Assembly (NCBI GenBank): GCA_976551045.1
Contig: CDPCPM010000091.1
Location: forward strand, 6,944,001 to 7,008,000
Length of the DNA: 64,000 nucleotides
Direction of reading: 5' to 3'
Source: Glaucostegus cemiculus
Lineage: Eukaryota
Shown here piece by piece: positions 11,500-22,849 of this stretch. Within the stretch, counting starts at the first letter, position 1, and each line of letters begins with the position of its first letter. The translations under genes were made by a program, and so were the position numbers. The notes below the pieces were generated by a model, which saw only the letters and a program-made list of their open reading frames with translations, had not been told where the DNA came from and did no database searches.

Positions 11500-12460
11500 C
11501 AGAAAGGAAGAATCAGGTGCCTAAGATTGGAGAATTTGATTTTGAGTCCAGAAGGCTGCAACATGCCCAGATGGAAGATGAGGTGCTGTTCCTCAAGCTT
11601 GCGTTTAGCCTTATTGTAACAGTGTAGGAGGCCAGAAAGGACTGAGGGAATGGGATGGTGAATTAAATAGCAGGCAGTTGGAAGTTCATGGTCACTCCTG
11701 CAGACCAAAAGCAGGTGCTCTGCAAAGTAATCTTCCAATCTATGTTTGGTTTTTCCAGTGAAGAAGAGACCACTGAATGCAATACACTAGGTTGGAAGAA
11801 GTCCAAGTGAATTGTTGCTTTGCCTGGAAAGACTGCTTTGGCCTCTGTATGGTGGGAAGGGAAGAGGTGAAAGAACTGGTGTTGCAATTCCTGCAGTTGC
11901 ATGGGAAATTGTCATAAGATGGGGCGTGTTTGGCAGTGATGGACAAGTGAATCAGGGAATCATGAACTGTTTCTTTGAAATGCTGAAAGGGGAGGGGAAT
12001 GTACCTGGCAAGGGAATCTTGTTGGAATTGGCAGAAATTGCAAAGAATTCTCTGTTGAATGTGGAGGCTGGTGGGATGGAAGGTGAGGATCAGAACTCTA
12101 TTCATGCTCTATACAGGAGGAGAGGGGGTGAGAGCAGAGGTATGGGAAATAAAATGAGTTTTGGTCAATCACTCTGTCCACTACATCTTTTTTCTTCCTG
12201 ATACCACAGAATGTCTAATCATCTGAGCAAACGTGATGGAGACAGAGGAACTGGTACAATGAAGTGGAGACCTTGCAGGAGATAGGATGTGAGGAAGTAT
12301 GGTCAAGATAGCTCTGGGTGTTTGTAGACTTGTTATGAATACTGGTGGCTTACCTATCCCCAGAGATGGAGATCCAGAAAGGGGAGTTAGAGATGGACTG
12401 TTTGAAGGTATGGGAGGCGGTATAGTCAAGATCGCTATGGGAGTCTGTGAACTTGCACTG
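11500..12460 (-). mobile_element. Penelope-like element fragment (GIY-YIG region)
   Basis: LILTFHPTSLHIQQRIL, FTWTSSNLVYCI, RKLEEQHLIFHLGMLQPSGL. Confidence 0.8.
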
Positions 12461-14196
12461 AATGTTTGTCCATCCTTGACTCTTCCTTGAGTGTATTTGC
12501 TGGCTAAGCAGTGGCGTTACTTTGAAATATCACAACAATTTGGGGATGTAGGAAGGACTACAAAGTTAATAAAAAGACCAGATGATAAGATTAAGAGAGT
12601 TGACGCCAAGTAATGGCCAGATCAAACTGGCTTTGGCTGATGACTCCGAATGTAACTAGTGCCACCCAGCGATTCATTGATAAGCAAGTCCCAGATCTAT
12701 GCAGGCCGGCCATAAATCCATTACAAGTGGAATGACAGATGCTAATGAATCTCTACCAGGGCTTTATGCTTCTGCAATCCTACAACCGTCAGACCTGATG
12801 TAAGATTAAAATCCCCATATGTTTGAATGAGATTTACTGACCTGAAGATTAGAAAGATAAAGGTAAGTTCAGTATTTACTTACCATTTATTTTTAGTTTT
12901 TTTTCATTATTTATTAGTGTTTTAATGTGTTTAAACTATTTTAAATGTTTAATTATATAAAACAATTTTAGAAAGTTAAAATATCTCTGGACACTGGAGG
13001 CATTTAAAAATTCTTATAAAGCCTCATCGAGTTTGATAGGGTGGGGGATAGCCACCATTCCCAGTCCTGTCTTCTCTTAAAGGCTGTCAGCGTATTCTCA
13101 AGGCAGGTCTCAGCAATATGTTATCTGAGGCTGAGCTGCAACTTTGCTGCCTGACTCCAAGATCCTGAGGCCCAGGATGACTGGACCTGCACATCTGTAT
13201 CAGGATAGTACAGGTATGAATGCAGGGGAACTAGTCCAGGCAGTGAGCTGAATCTGGCCTGTTGGCTTTTGAGGAAGTTTAAAATGTGTCTATTTTGTAA
13301 TTAAACAAAAGAGACTGCAATTTTAGCAATATCATTTGGAAAGTTATCCATCTGATGAAAGACAGAGGACTTGCAAATAATCTTTTTTCACTCTCCTAAT
13401 CACGATGATTTATCAGAGTTTGTATGTCCATCGGTTTTGCATCAAATTGATGAAGCAGCCTGTGTCAGTTACATGAACATCAAGTGTAAATGCCTTAGGG
13501 TACATCAGTTCAGTGAATTATTTCAATTCTATTTAATTTCTAAATTTCTTTTTTCTTTCATTACTTCTGTGGTGCTGGACTAAAAGGAGGATCTTGTATT
13601 TATGTAGATCTCTTCATCCCTTAGGATATCGTAAAGTGCTTTGCAAAAACAAGCAAGTACTTTTGTGATATAGTTGTAGAGCAACATAGAAAAAGCTGTA
13701 GAAGATTCCCACAAATTGTTAATGACTGGATCAACTATTTTATATGATTTTAATTGTGATAAAGGTCTCTTATAGCACTTAGAAGGTGGTACTCAGGATC
13801 TTGGTTTAACATCTTCTATGAACACTGGGCAGTTACGATGGTCCAGTACTTTCTCGGTAGTGTTTTGAAGTATCAGATTCAATTATGTGCTCAATTCTCC
13901 AGAGGTAGCCTTGAACCCTTCAGGCACCAATTGAAATTGCTACCACTTAGTGACAGCTCACACACTAAGGGATACAAAGTGTCTTAATAAAAACTGAAAA
14001 TTCATTAGATGTTCAGCAGGTCAGGCAGTATCTGATGAGATAAAATATTGAATTTATGTTTTGGGCTGGTGATATTTCAACAGAGATAAGAATAGTTAGA
14101 AATCAAACATTAAACACCAGAGAGAACAATAGGAATATCTGTAATAGACTTAAGCCCAAGAGAGACCGGATAACACAAAAACTAGTCAATGCCAGT

Positions 14197-14618
14197 TCAG
14201 AATCAGTTTTTATTGTCACAACCATATACATACATAGTATGCATAGGAGCGAGATACCGTCCTCCTCAGGTGCTCGTCCCATAAAATAACATAACAACCA
14301 ACAGAGAGACACATACACACTTGACAGAATAAACATTACAAAACATTAGACGTTAAAGGCTACGGAAGTTAAAATTAAATTAGTACGCAGATTAAATTAA
14401 GAATGGCCGGTAAATAAATAAATAGTTATTAAAGTGAATGGGCTGGTGTCGGGCATTTAAAGTGCTGGTGCATTTCTGTGCACCTAGCATCTCTTAGTGT
14501 TAACAAAGGAAGATGGAGGGATGAGAGAGTTTGCAGTTCTGATGGCTTGCGGAAAGAAGCTATTGTTCAGCCTGGTCGTTCTTGCCCTGATACATTTAAG
14601 CCTCCTCCCTGATGGCAA
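14197..14618 (-). mobile_element. Second copy of the young Rex-type LINE 3' end
   Basis: Reverse complement aligns to ~3977-4395; nearly identical over the coding-proximal part. Confidence 0.9.
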
Positions 14619-14644
14619 AGTTGAGAGAGGATAGTGAAGTGGGG

Positions 14645-16088
14645 ACACAAGAGAATGCAGATGCTGTAATCTGAAGCCAAAATCAAACTACTGGAAGAAC
14701 AGCAGGCAGCTGCAGCGGGTTAGGCAGCATCTAAGGAGGCAAATGGATGGTCAATGTTTTGGATTGAGACCCCGCAATAGGACTGAGAGTGTAAAGAGGG
14801 GATAGCCAGTATAAAGAAGTGAGGGGGAGGGATGAAGCAGGAGCTGGAGCTGGTGTGGAGGGATTGATGGACAGATAGAGCCAGGTGGGAAATGGAGGGG
14901 TGGACAAATTGACAGAGGCTGGGAGGTGATGGAGGAGACAATAGAGTTGCAGATTATGGAATCTGATCAGAAAGTAAGGTGATGAGTGAAGCCAGGTAGA
15001 GGAAAGATGCTGATAAGATGGGATAGTTGGTGGGGGGGTGTTGGGGGGGGGGGAGCAGATCAAATGGGTAGAGAGTGTGAGTGTTAGGCAGATAGAACCA
15101 GGGTTATGCAGGAGAAAGAAATGGGGGGGGGGGGAGGATTGGTTTTGGGAAGAAGGGGGTGAGTGAGAGGACCTGGGTGGACCAGAAGGAGAGAGAAAGG
15201 AACAGAGTGGGTGTGAGTCACCTGAAATTGGAGAATTCAATGTTCGTGCCAGTGGGTTGTGGACTACCTAGGGTGGTCCTGTTAAGGTGTTGTTCCTCCA
15301 GCTTGCAGTTGGCTTCACCCTGGGAGTGAAGGCGGCAAAGGACATATAAGTCAGTGTGGGAATGGGAGGGGAGTTGAAATGGTTTGCAACCAGGAGCTCA
15401 AGCTGGCCTTTGTGGTCGGGGCACAGGTGATTGGCAAAGCGGTCGCCCAGTCTGCACATGGTCTCGTCAATGTGGAGGAGGCCACATCGAGAGCAGCGAA
15501 GGCAATAGACAAGGTTGGAGGAGATGCCTGTGAATCTCTGCCTCACCTGGAAGGGCTGTAAGGGCCGTTGAGGTCCCTGGATGGATTTGAGGGAGGAGGT
15601 GTAGCACCTCCTACAGTGGCAGGGGGACATGGAGGGATGAATGAACCCTCTCTGTCAGTAAGTCATGGAGAGAGTGGTTCCTGTGGAAATCTGAAAGCGA
15701 TGGGGAGGGGAAGATGTGACTGGTGGTGGGATAGTGAGGCAGGGGGCAGAAATTATGAAGAATAACGTGCTGGATGCGGAGGCTGGGTGGGTGAAAGGTC
15801 AGGGCCAAGGCAGCTCTCCCTCTGTTCTGTCTGGAGGGAGGTGGAGTGAGAGCAGAAATGTGGGAAATGGAGGAGATGCAGGTGAGGGCTCCATCGACCA
15901 CAGTAAAGGGAGAGCCATGTTTCCTGAAAAAGGACATTTCACATGCGTGGATTGCAAAACCTCATCTTAAAAGCAGATGTGGCAGAAAAACTGAGAAAGG
16001 GATGATGTCCTTCCAGGAGACAGGGTTGGAATAGGTAATCTAGGCAGCTGTGGGAATCAGTGGGTTTATAGTAAATGTCAGTGGATAG
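14645..16088 (-). mobile_element. Penelope-like element 3' part with terminal repeat
   Basis: FTGISSNLVYCLRCSRCGLLHIDETMCRLGDRFANHL (GIY-YIG endonuclease); terminal repeat at 14650-14790. Confidence 0.85.
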
Positions 16089-17597
16089 TTTACACATCTT
16101 TGCTATGGACATACAATTCCACTACACCTTCATCCCACACCAGCATGACATGAGGGCCCTTTGCTTTTTCATTCAACCAGTTCCCCTCCTTGCCTGGCTG
16201 AACTTCACACACTTCTTCCAAATCAAAGGTGTAGCTAAAGGAACCTGTATGGGTCTAAAACATGCCTACGTCTCTATTGGAAACATAGAAATAGTCCTTG
16301 TTTTGGTCCAGATCCCATCACTCATCACTTTTTTCTTGTATATTGGTGCTTCCTGCTCACATACAGAACTCAAAAGTTTTATCACTTTTGTTTCCAGTTT
16401 CTACCCTTCTCTCAGTTTCATGTGGTCCATATCTGATTCTTCCCTTTCTCAACTTTATCTCCAATTCAGTGTTAAGAAGACAATCAATACCCATTACAAG
16501 CCCAAAGACTCCCATTCACTTCTGGCAAGAATTCTATTCTCCCAGTTTCTTTGGCCCTATTTTATCTATTCTGATAACATTCTACAACAATGATTCTGTG
16601 ATTTTTTTTCTTTTTCCTTAACCATAGTTTCTCCTCCAGCACCATTGGCAAGCTCACAGCACAGCTGTCTATTTGATAACACTTCTGCTCTCATGCCCTC
16701 CCTTCCCACCCAGAACAGGCACAGATTTCCTATTCTTCTTGTCTTCCACCCCACCAGCCACATTCAACAAATCAACATGTAATTTTTACTACTGTCAACA
16801 TCTTTCCTTTCCCTCTCCTTTCAGCACTTGAGAGGGACTGTTCGCTCTGCATTTCCCTGGTTTAGGCTCAATCTTCACCAATGCGGGTTCTCTTTCTCAT
16901 GGACTTTTCGATGCACCCAGTGGAGATGCCTTTTTACCGTTTCCTCTCTACCCAAACATTGCCTCCAGGTGAAACAGCAATTCAGGTATGTTTTTCATTT
17001 CAGTAAACTGCATTTGGTGCTTATTATATTGGAGAAACAAATTCAATTTTGGTGACTACTTTTCAAAATACTTCTATTAAGGCTGCAAGTGGAGTTCTGA
17101 GTTTCCATTCGGCTGTCATTTTAATTTTCCATCCCACTCCAAACTCTGACCTCCGTCTTTGGCTTCTTATACTATTTAAACAAAGCCTAATATGAGCTCA
17201 AGAAACAACATATCTTCTGAAATGGCATAAAAGGACTCGACAATAAATTCAACACTTTTAGATAACCAGCCTTTTTAGATAGTACCAGAACTGTTTATTT
17301 TATTTCCGAGTTCCAGTCCTGCAGTGTTTGGTGTATCGGTTATTTATTTCCCCCCTCATCTGTTCTCATTCATTTCCTTCTATTTATATCTCCTTGAGAC
17401 AGATCAGCTGCGATTAACAAGTCTTTACCACTACCACATGTGTCAATCAGTCTTGGTCTCCACCCTTTCGTAGACATTCTCTCGCTCCATCGACCTGAAA
17501 CATTAATTCTATTTCTCTCTCCATAGATACTACCCGATTTAAGAAGTATTTCCAGCATTTTGTATTTTTGTATTTCAGATTTCCAGTATCTGTCGCT
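16089..17597 (+). mobile_element. Penelope-like element (RT to GIY-YIG, decayed) with terminal repeat
   Basis: IFAMDIQFHYTFIPH, FFQIKGVAKGTCMG and HYKPKDSHS RT remnants; terminal repeat 17480-17597. Confidence 0.8.
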
Positions 17598-17879
17598 TTA
17601 CAGACTGATTATTTTCTTTTTAAAAAAACTGATAAAGCTAAAGACACCAAGATGAAATTATTAAAATAGTTATAAAACGAAATGTTATCCATGTTTTAAT
17701 ACTTCCAAGCTGTATCATTTCCTTCATCAGCCCCCAATGTTCCCGTTTCGGGCCAATAACTGACCAGATCAGTTCAAATGATGCTCCCTGCGATGCTGGT
17801 TAGGGTTTTAAGAGCCTTCAAGTCAAAAAGTGTTATGATGAGTCAATCCAGTTAAAGTTGTAAAAACTTTCCCACTCTG

Positions 17880-18200
17880 ACCAGCGCGCACAAACTTTCC
17901 TCAGCTGACCGAACTGGATGATGTAATCGTCCGCCAATCAAATTCCGAGTCGGTCGGCGCCACGTGACCCGCCGCCCGCCCTCCCCGACCTCGCATCATG
18001 TTTACGCGGCGGCGTCAGAGCCTGGTTACTTGAGGTGACGTGCGCTCCCAAAACACCAAAAGGACGGCTCCTCCGATTGGTCGCCCGCCCGAGAAGGAGC
18101 AGCGTCCAATCAGGGAGGCAGGCGGGCGCGAGGTGCGGCGTGACGTTTTAAATATCCCAGCAAACTTTGTCTTGTGTTGTCTTTGCCGTCGCCATTAGAG
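17880..18200 (+). promoter_or_regulatory. CpG-island promoter of ZRANB1
   Basis: Abrupt CpG/GC-rich zone (~17880-18960) in an AT-rich, CpG-poor background. CCAAT boxes at 17934, 18076 (reverse) and 18106; E-box CACGTG at 17961; GC boxes at ~17970 and ~18083; CRE-like TGACGT at 18036 and 18141; TATA-like TTTAAATA at 18147. Confidence 0.8.
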
Positions 18201-18656
18201 CCGAGCGGAGCAGCCGAGGGAGTGTTGTTGGGGGGTTGGGGAGAGAGCAGGGAGCAAAAATGTCATAAACCACCGGCGGTGGGGTGGGGGGGCGAGGGGG
18301 GGTGGGGGAAAGCAGGTGGAAGCCGGAGGTCGCCGGTCGGACGGAGCGATGGCTGTGAGCGGGGCTTTTGTCTGACCCCCGGCCACCATGTAAGGAACAG
18401 AAGCGGCGGCGGGGGCAGCGGGGTTGGGGAGGGGGGGAGCGGGGGAGGATCGACTGGAGCGGCGGCGGCGGCCGAGGCAGCGCTGGAGAGACGCAAGAGA
18501 GCGAGAGTGCGCGGGGGAAGAAGGTCTGTTTGTTGTGTGCGGCGGCCCCTCTCACTCCTCCCCACCCCGACCACCACCCTCCCTCCCCCCACCACCCTCC
18601 CTCCCCACCCCCCACACACCACCCCACCCTCCTCCGACCCTAACCCCAAGCGTAAG
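18175..18656 (+). other. ZRANB1: Probable non-coding exon 1 (5' UTR) of ZRANB1
   Basis: Follows the promoter motifs and ends at the donor-like AAG|gtaaag at 18656/18657. TSS and donor are inferred, not observed; alternative donors at 18390 and 18652 are possible. Confidence 0.5.
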
Positions 18657-21019
18657 GTAAAGATGCAGCGGCGTGGAAGTGCAGCCCCAGCGCAGCCGAG
18701 TGCGAGGCCGGTGCCCGGGAGTTGGAATTGGGTAACTGCTGGGTCGCTCGGTAAAGCGAAAAGTAACAGCCGCAGCTCAGTCGCGCTGCTTTAAGTAGCC
18801 AGCACGAAGTGACAGAAAGCCGATGTCGGCGGGTTGCAGAGCGAGGTCATACCTGCTTAAATCTGATTGCTTGTTGCAGACTCGAGAGTAAAGCTAGAGA
18901 GAGAGAATGGACGAAGTTCGGCTCTGTTAGCAACTAGATTACACGGACACGTTGTGCGGACAGGTTCTGGCTTGGTCTTCTGTTTATGGGCTCCAGGCTT
19001 TTGTTTTCAAGTTTTGAAAAGTTTGTGGTTAAGAGTTGTGATTTCGGTATGATCACCAAACCCTGTTTCGCTATTTGTGTTTGGAGAAGTTTTCTGCTGA
19101 GCATTTTACTCTCTTCCATAAAATGTGCTGTACGACATCTCTCTATCCTAAATTTATGAACCTTTTTTAGAGTCGAACTGCAGCAATAAACGGATCCAAT
19201 TTTAGTATGCCTTTCTCCGACCTGGACTTCTTTTGCCAATTGCATTTGCTCCAGATCAAATGTCTTCCCTCCAATGAATCGCCAAGTGTTTGAAGACTAT
19301 AATATAAACAAAAAAAGCATACATTTATAAACGTTTTGCGTTATATTGCAGTCAGCTGCCTTTACTATCTACCATTCCGTTTAAAGTTTCTGTAGTTGTA
19401 GGCCTTTGTTTAGAAATGCTGGGTTAGTAGGTACATTTACGGTGTTTCTTTGTCACGTTAAATTGTAGTACAATAAATCATTTTACTTATCTCGCCAACC
19501 CTTAATCTGCTCCCGAATCTAGTGTTGCAGTTAAATTAATGCAAATCAGCTGACCTGCGAATATTATAATGTACAACTCCAAATTTGGAATTGTTTGATT
19601 CGTATTTAAATCTATTGTTGCCATTACTCCTGTTGATATTTTCAAATTATTGGGTAATGTAAATAGTGTAAAACTTATTCCTTTGCCAATATTTGAACTA
19701 GTAATATTTCTTCTAATTAAATTATTTAATCACGCAATATGCAGCTTGTTTTTAGAAACACTCAGTACTTATTACAATGTACAAATAGTGTTTCAAAACT
19801 TTTGTTTTTAAGGTCAGGTTGTTTTCAGAAACAATAATCACCATTGCAACATTTTCTTATCATTGTTTGCTAGATCTACATTAACTTTTCAGTTTTGTCT
19901 TTTGTACTGTATGGTCTGCTAATTTCTTTTGACTTTATAATTTGTATAAGTATTTACATTTAGAAGTGCAAATGACTAGTAAAATTTTTCCTTTCTGATG
20001 AAAGGAAAAATAATATGCTCATATCTTGTCAAGCTTCAGACAAATTATTTTTGTAGAATTAGATCAAATTTTGATACCTTGCTGCAGATTCAGAGAAAGT
20101 TAGAGAAAGTTAATCTGCAATTTTTTTGGAACATGAGAATTGATTGCGGACTGATTTCCCAAATTAATTGTTCTAATGTAATTCCATTTGTTAATTACTA
20201 GCAGCAGATCACTGTTTGTGTTGAATTCAGTATGTTACTGAACAGCTGATGTCTGAACCCATCTGCCTTGTACTACTTGCTGCTTGGAAGGATGTAGTAT
20301 GTTTCTCATTGAAAATTAGTTTTAGGATTGAATTTAAAAAGAAGAATGAGTTAAAAGTAGCCAACATTCTGAATGTTAAGTATAATTTCTAATTTTGGTT
20401 GTTATTTTGTAATAGTTGAGATGTGTTCTTTGGTTTCAGTGTAATGCAAGTAGCAAATATTGGCAATATTTAGATGGCTGAGAGTTATGGGAAAACAATT
20501 GCTAGAAAATATTTTCAGTGTTTCTAATTATGTCATTTAGAATTGCTAGAACTGGAAGTACAGTGGACAATGCCTAGTCATTTAGTTCATGTGCTAGTCA
20601 TTTTACAGAAGATAAAACTTTTGCCTCTGAAATTACCATCCACATGTTCACAACCAAACTGTAGAAATAAAGAGCTAGTTCCCTCATGGTGTGGGCTCGG
20701 ATTATCTGAAATGAGTAGTCATTTGTTTCATTGAAACCATATTAATTAAAAATTATATGGTTTTTTAAAATCTACAAGACTGAGTGGAAGTGGAGTAGGA
20801 ATTGTGATACATCAGTATTGAATTGAATGTTATACAATTTTACTTGTTTCTTTGAAAAATTTGCTGTTTCTCATCTTGCCATTTGTTACAGAAATGCAGT
20901 GTCATTTTAATGTTTGCTCATTGGAATGGTAGGGGAAGAAGTGTGTATTAAAAATTGTTAATTTTAATTTTTGCAGCCTCCAGTCCTTAATAGGAAACTG
21001 ATGCTAGGTGTGAGCAACG

Positions 21020-21833
21020 ATGACTGAATATGGAATAAAGTGGGCCTGTGAATACTGCACATACGAAAATTGGCCATCTGCAATCAAATGCACCATGTGT
21101 CGTGCACCAAGACCTAATAGCACTATAATTACTGAAGATCCAGTCCGAGGCAGTTCAAGTGATCTGAATCAAGATTGGGATACTGCAAGTATAGAGAGTG
21201 GCAGCAGCCCTCTGATTTGTCCAGATTCTAGTGCTAGACCAAGAGTTAAATCATACAATTCAGAAAGTGCAAGCAAGTGGTCATGCCACATGTGCACTTA
21301 CTTGAATTGGCCAAGAGCAATTAGATGTACTCAGTGTTTGTCTCAACGTCGGACCAGAAGTCCTGCGGACTCCCCTCAATCATCTGGTTGTATTTCAAGA
21401 CCAGTTCAGGCTTCTCAGGATCCTTGTGAAGAATACAATGACAGAAACAGACTAAACACAAAAGCACTGCATTGGATTTGTGCAGCTTGCACATATGAGA
21501 ACTGCCCCAAGTCTCGGAAGTGTGCAGTTTGTGACTATCCTAGACCTAACAATTTGGAAGCAATTGAATTTGCAGAAGCAGAGGAGGCTTCCTCACTGAT
21601 AAATGAGCAGGATAGAGCTCGATGGAGGAGCAGTGGCGGCAGTGGTAATAGCCAAAGGAGGTCTCCTCCTGTACCTAAACTTGAAACTGAGATGAAAATG
21701 GATTTCCAAAGGATTGAGTTAGCACCTGGAGCAGTTTGCAGTAAAGGAGAGTTGGAAGTAGATTTTAAAAGACTCAAACAAATAAAGAATAGAATGAAAA
21801 GATCAGATTGGCTCTTTCTCAACGCTTGCGTAG
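21020..21833 (+). CDS. ZRANB1: ZRANB1/TRABID first coding exon: three RanBP2-type (NZF) zinc fingers and start of AnkUBD
   Basis: MTEYGIKWACEYCTYENWPSAIKCTMC, WSCHMCTYLNWPRAIRCTQC, WICAACTYENCPKSRKCAVC. Acceptor ttgcag ends 20976; donor G|gtaagt at 21833; 814 coding nt. Confidence 0.97.
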
Positions 21834-22187
21834 GTAAGTTAAACTTCATTTTGTTTAATGTCATGTTGACTTTGCTCATGATTGTGAATGAGTATAGCAT
21901 CTGTACATTTGTGAAGGAACATTTTGTGGAGAAGATAATGTAAAGAACATATTTAAAATTGAAAAAATTTGCTTGGATTATAAAGGTCATGGTTAATTTG
22001 CTGCTTTTGGCTTCAAAGTATGGACACAAGTTTTCCATGATTTCTTAATGTAGGTCTTAGGAATTCTAAGTAAAGGATTCATTTTTCAAAGAAATCTGAA
22101 AAGAACTACAATACTGGACTCTAGTGACTTCCAGAGTTATGTTTTTAATTAATTTGATTTGTTTTTTACTGCGATTAAAGTGTGATT

Positions 22188-22687
22188 CCATGGATAAAGT
22201 CTGGCCATTTACCTGCTTCTGCTAATCGTATGATTGCTTTTGTTACATTGATGGCCAAACGAGCCATTCTGCTTAAATGGAAGGATCCAATACCCCCTAC
22301 CACCTTTCAATGGTTCTCTCAAACTATATCATGTCTTAATTTGGAAAAAATTAGGAGTGGTACTGTTGATTCTTCGCTTAAATTTGAAGATATTTGGAGT
22401 CCATTTATTCAATACTTTCATATGATGTAGTTTCCCCTTCTATAACTTTTTTTTAAATTCAGAGAAACTGAGCTGACAACATTGTATTGTTCTATTTCTA
22501 TTGAAAATTTTAGCCCAGTTTTTTCTTTTTCTTTTTTTAATTCATTTTCGGTTTAATTTACTCTATATTATGATTTTTTAAACTGATTTGTTTTTTTTTG
22601 TTGTTTTTTTCTAATTATATAACAAATCTTTCTCTTTTCTATCTTTTACATGACACTTACGAACCGAGAGATCGTTGGAACTATTTC

Positions 22688-22722
<35 letters not shown>

Positions 22723-22849
22723 TACTTTATTGCTTTTTTATGATTACCTACAATTATTACTTGATATTTCTATAATACATGTTTAAACTTTGTTGTTATA
22801 TATCTTAACCTGTATTGATTTGTTATCAATAAAAAAGATTGAAAAAGAG
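22188..22849 (+). mobile_element. 5'-truncated L1-clade LINE with TSD in a ZRANB1 intron
   Basis: ORF2 C-terminus-like AKRAILLKWKDPIPPTTFQW...LEKIR...IWSPFIQYF*, T-rich 3' UTR, AATAAA at 22828, A-rich tail; AGTGTGATT at 22179-22187 and 22850-22858; TT|AAAG target site. Confidence 0.85.
22692..22720. repeat. (TA)n microsatellite
   Basis: About 14 TA units inside the L1 3' UTR. Confidence 0.95.

Noticed and set aside
18638-18650. CCCTAACCCCAA telomere-like motif
   Set aside because: Single unit within a C-rich tract.
18148-18794. Overlapping 78-206 aa ORFs on both strands
   Set aside because: Low-complexity Gly/Pro-rich translations expected from stop-poor CpG-island DNA; no recognisable domain.
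21535-22038. 167-aa antisense ORF
   Set aside because: Shadow of the ZRANB1 exon plus intron; no motif.
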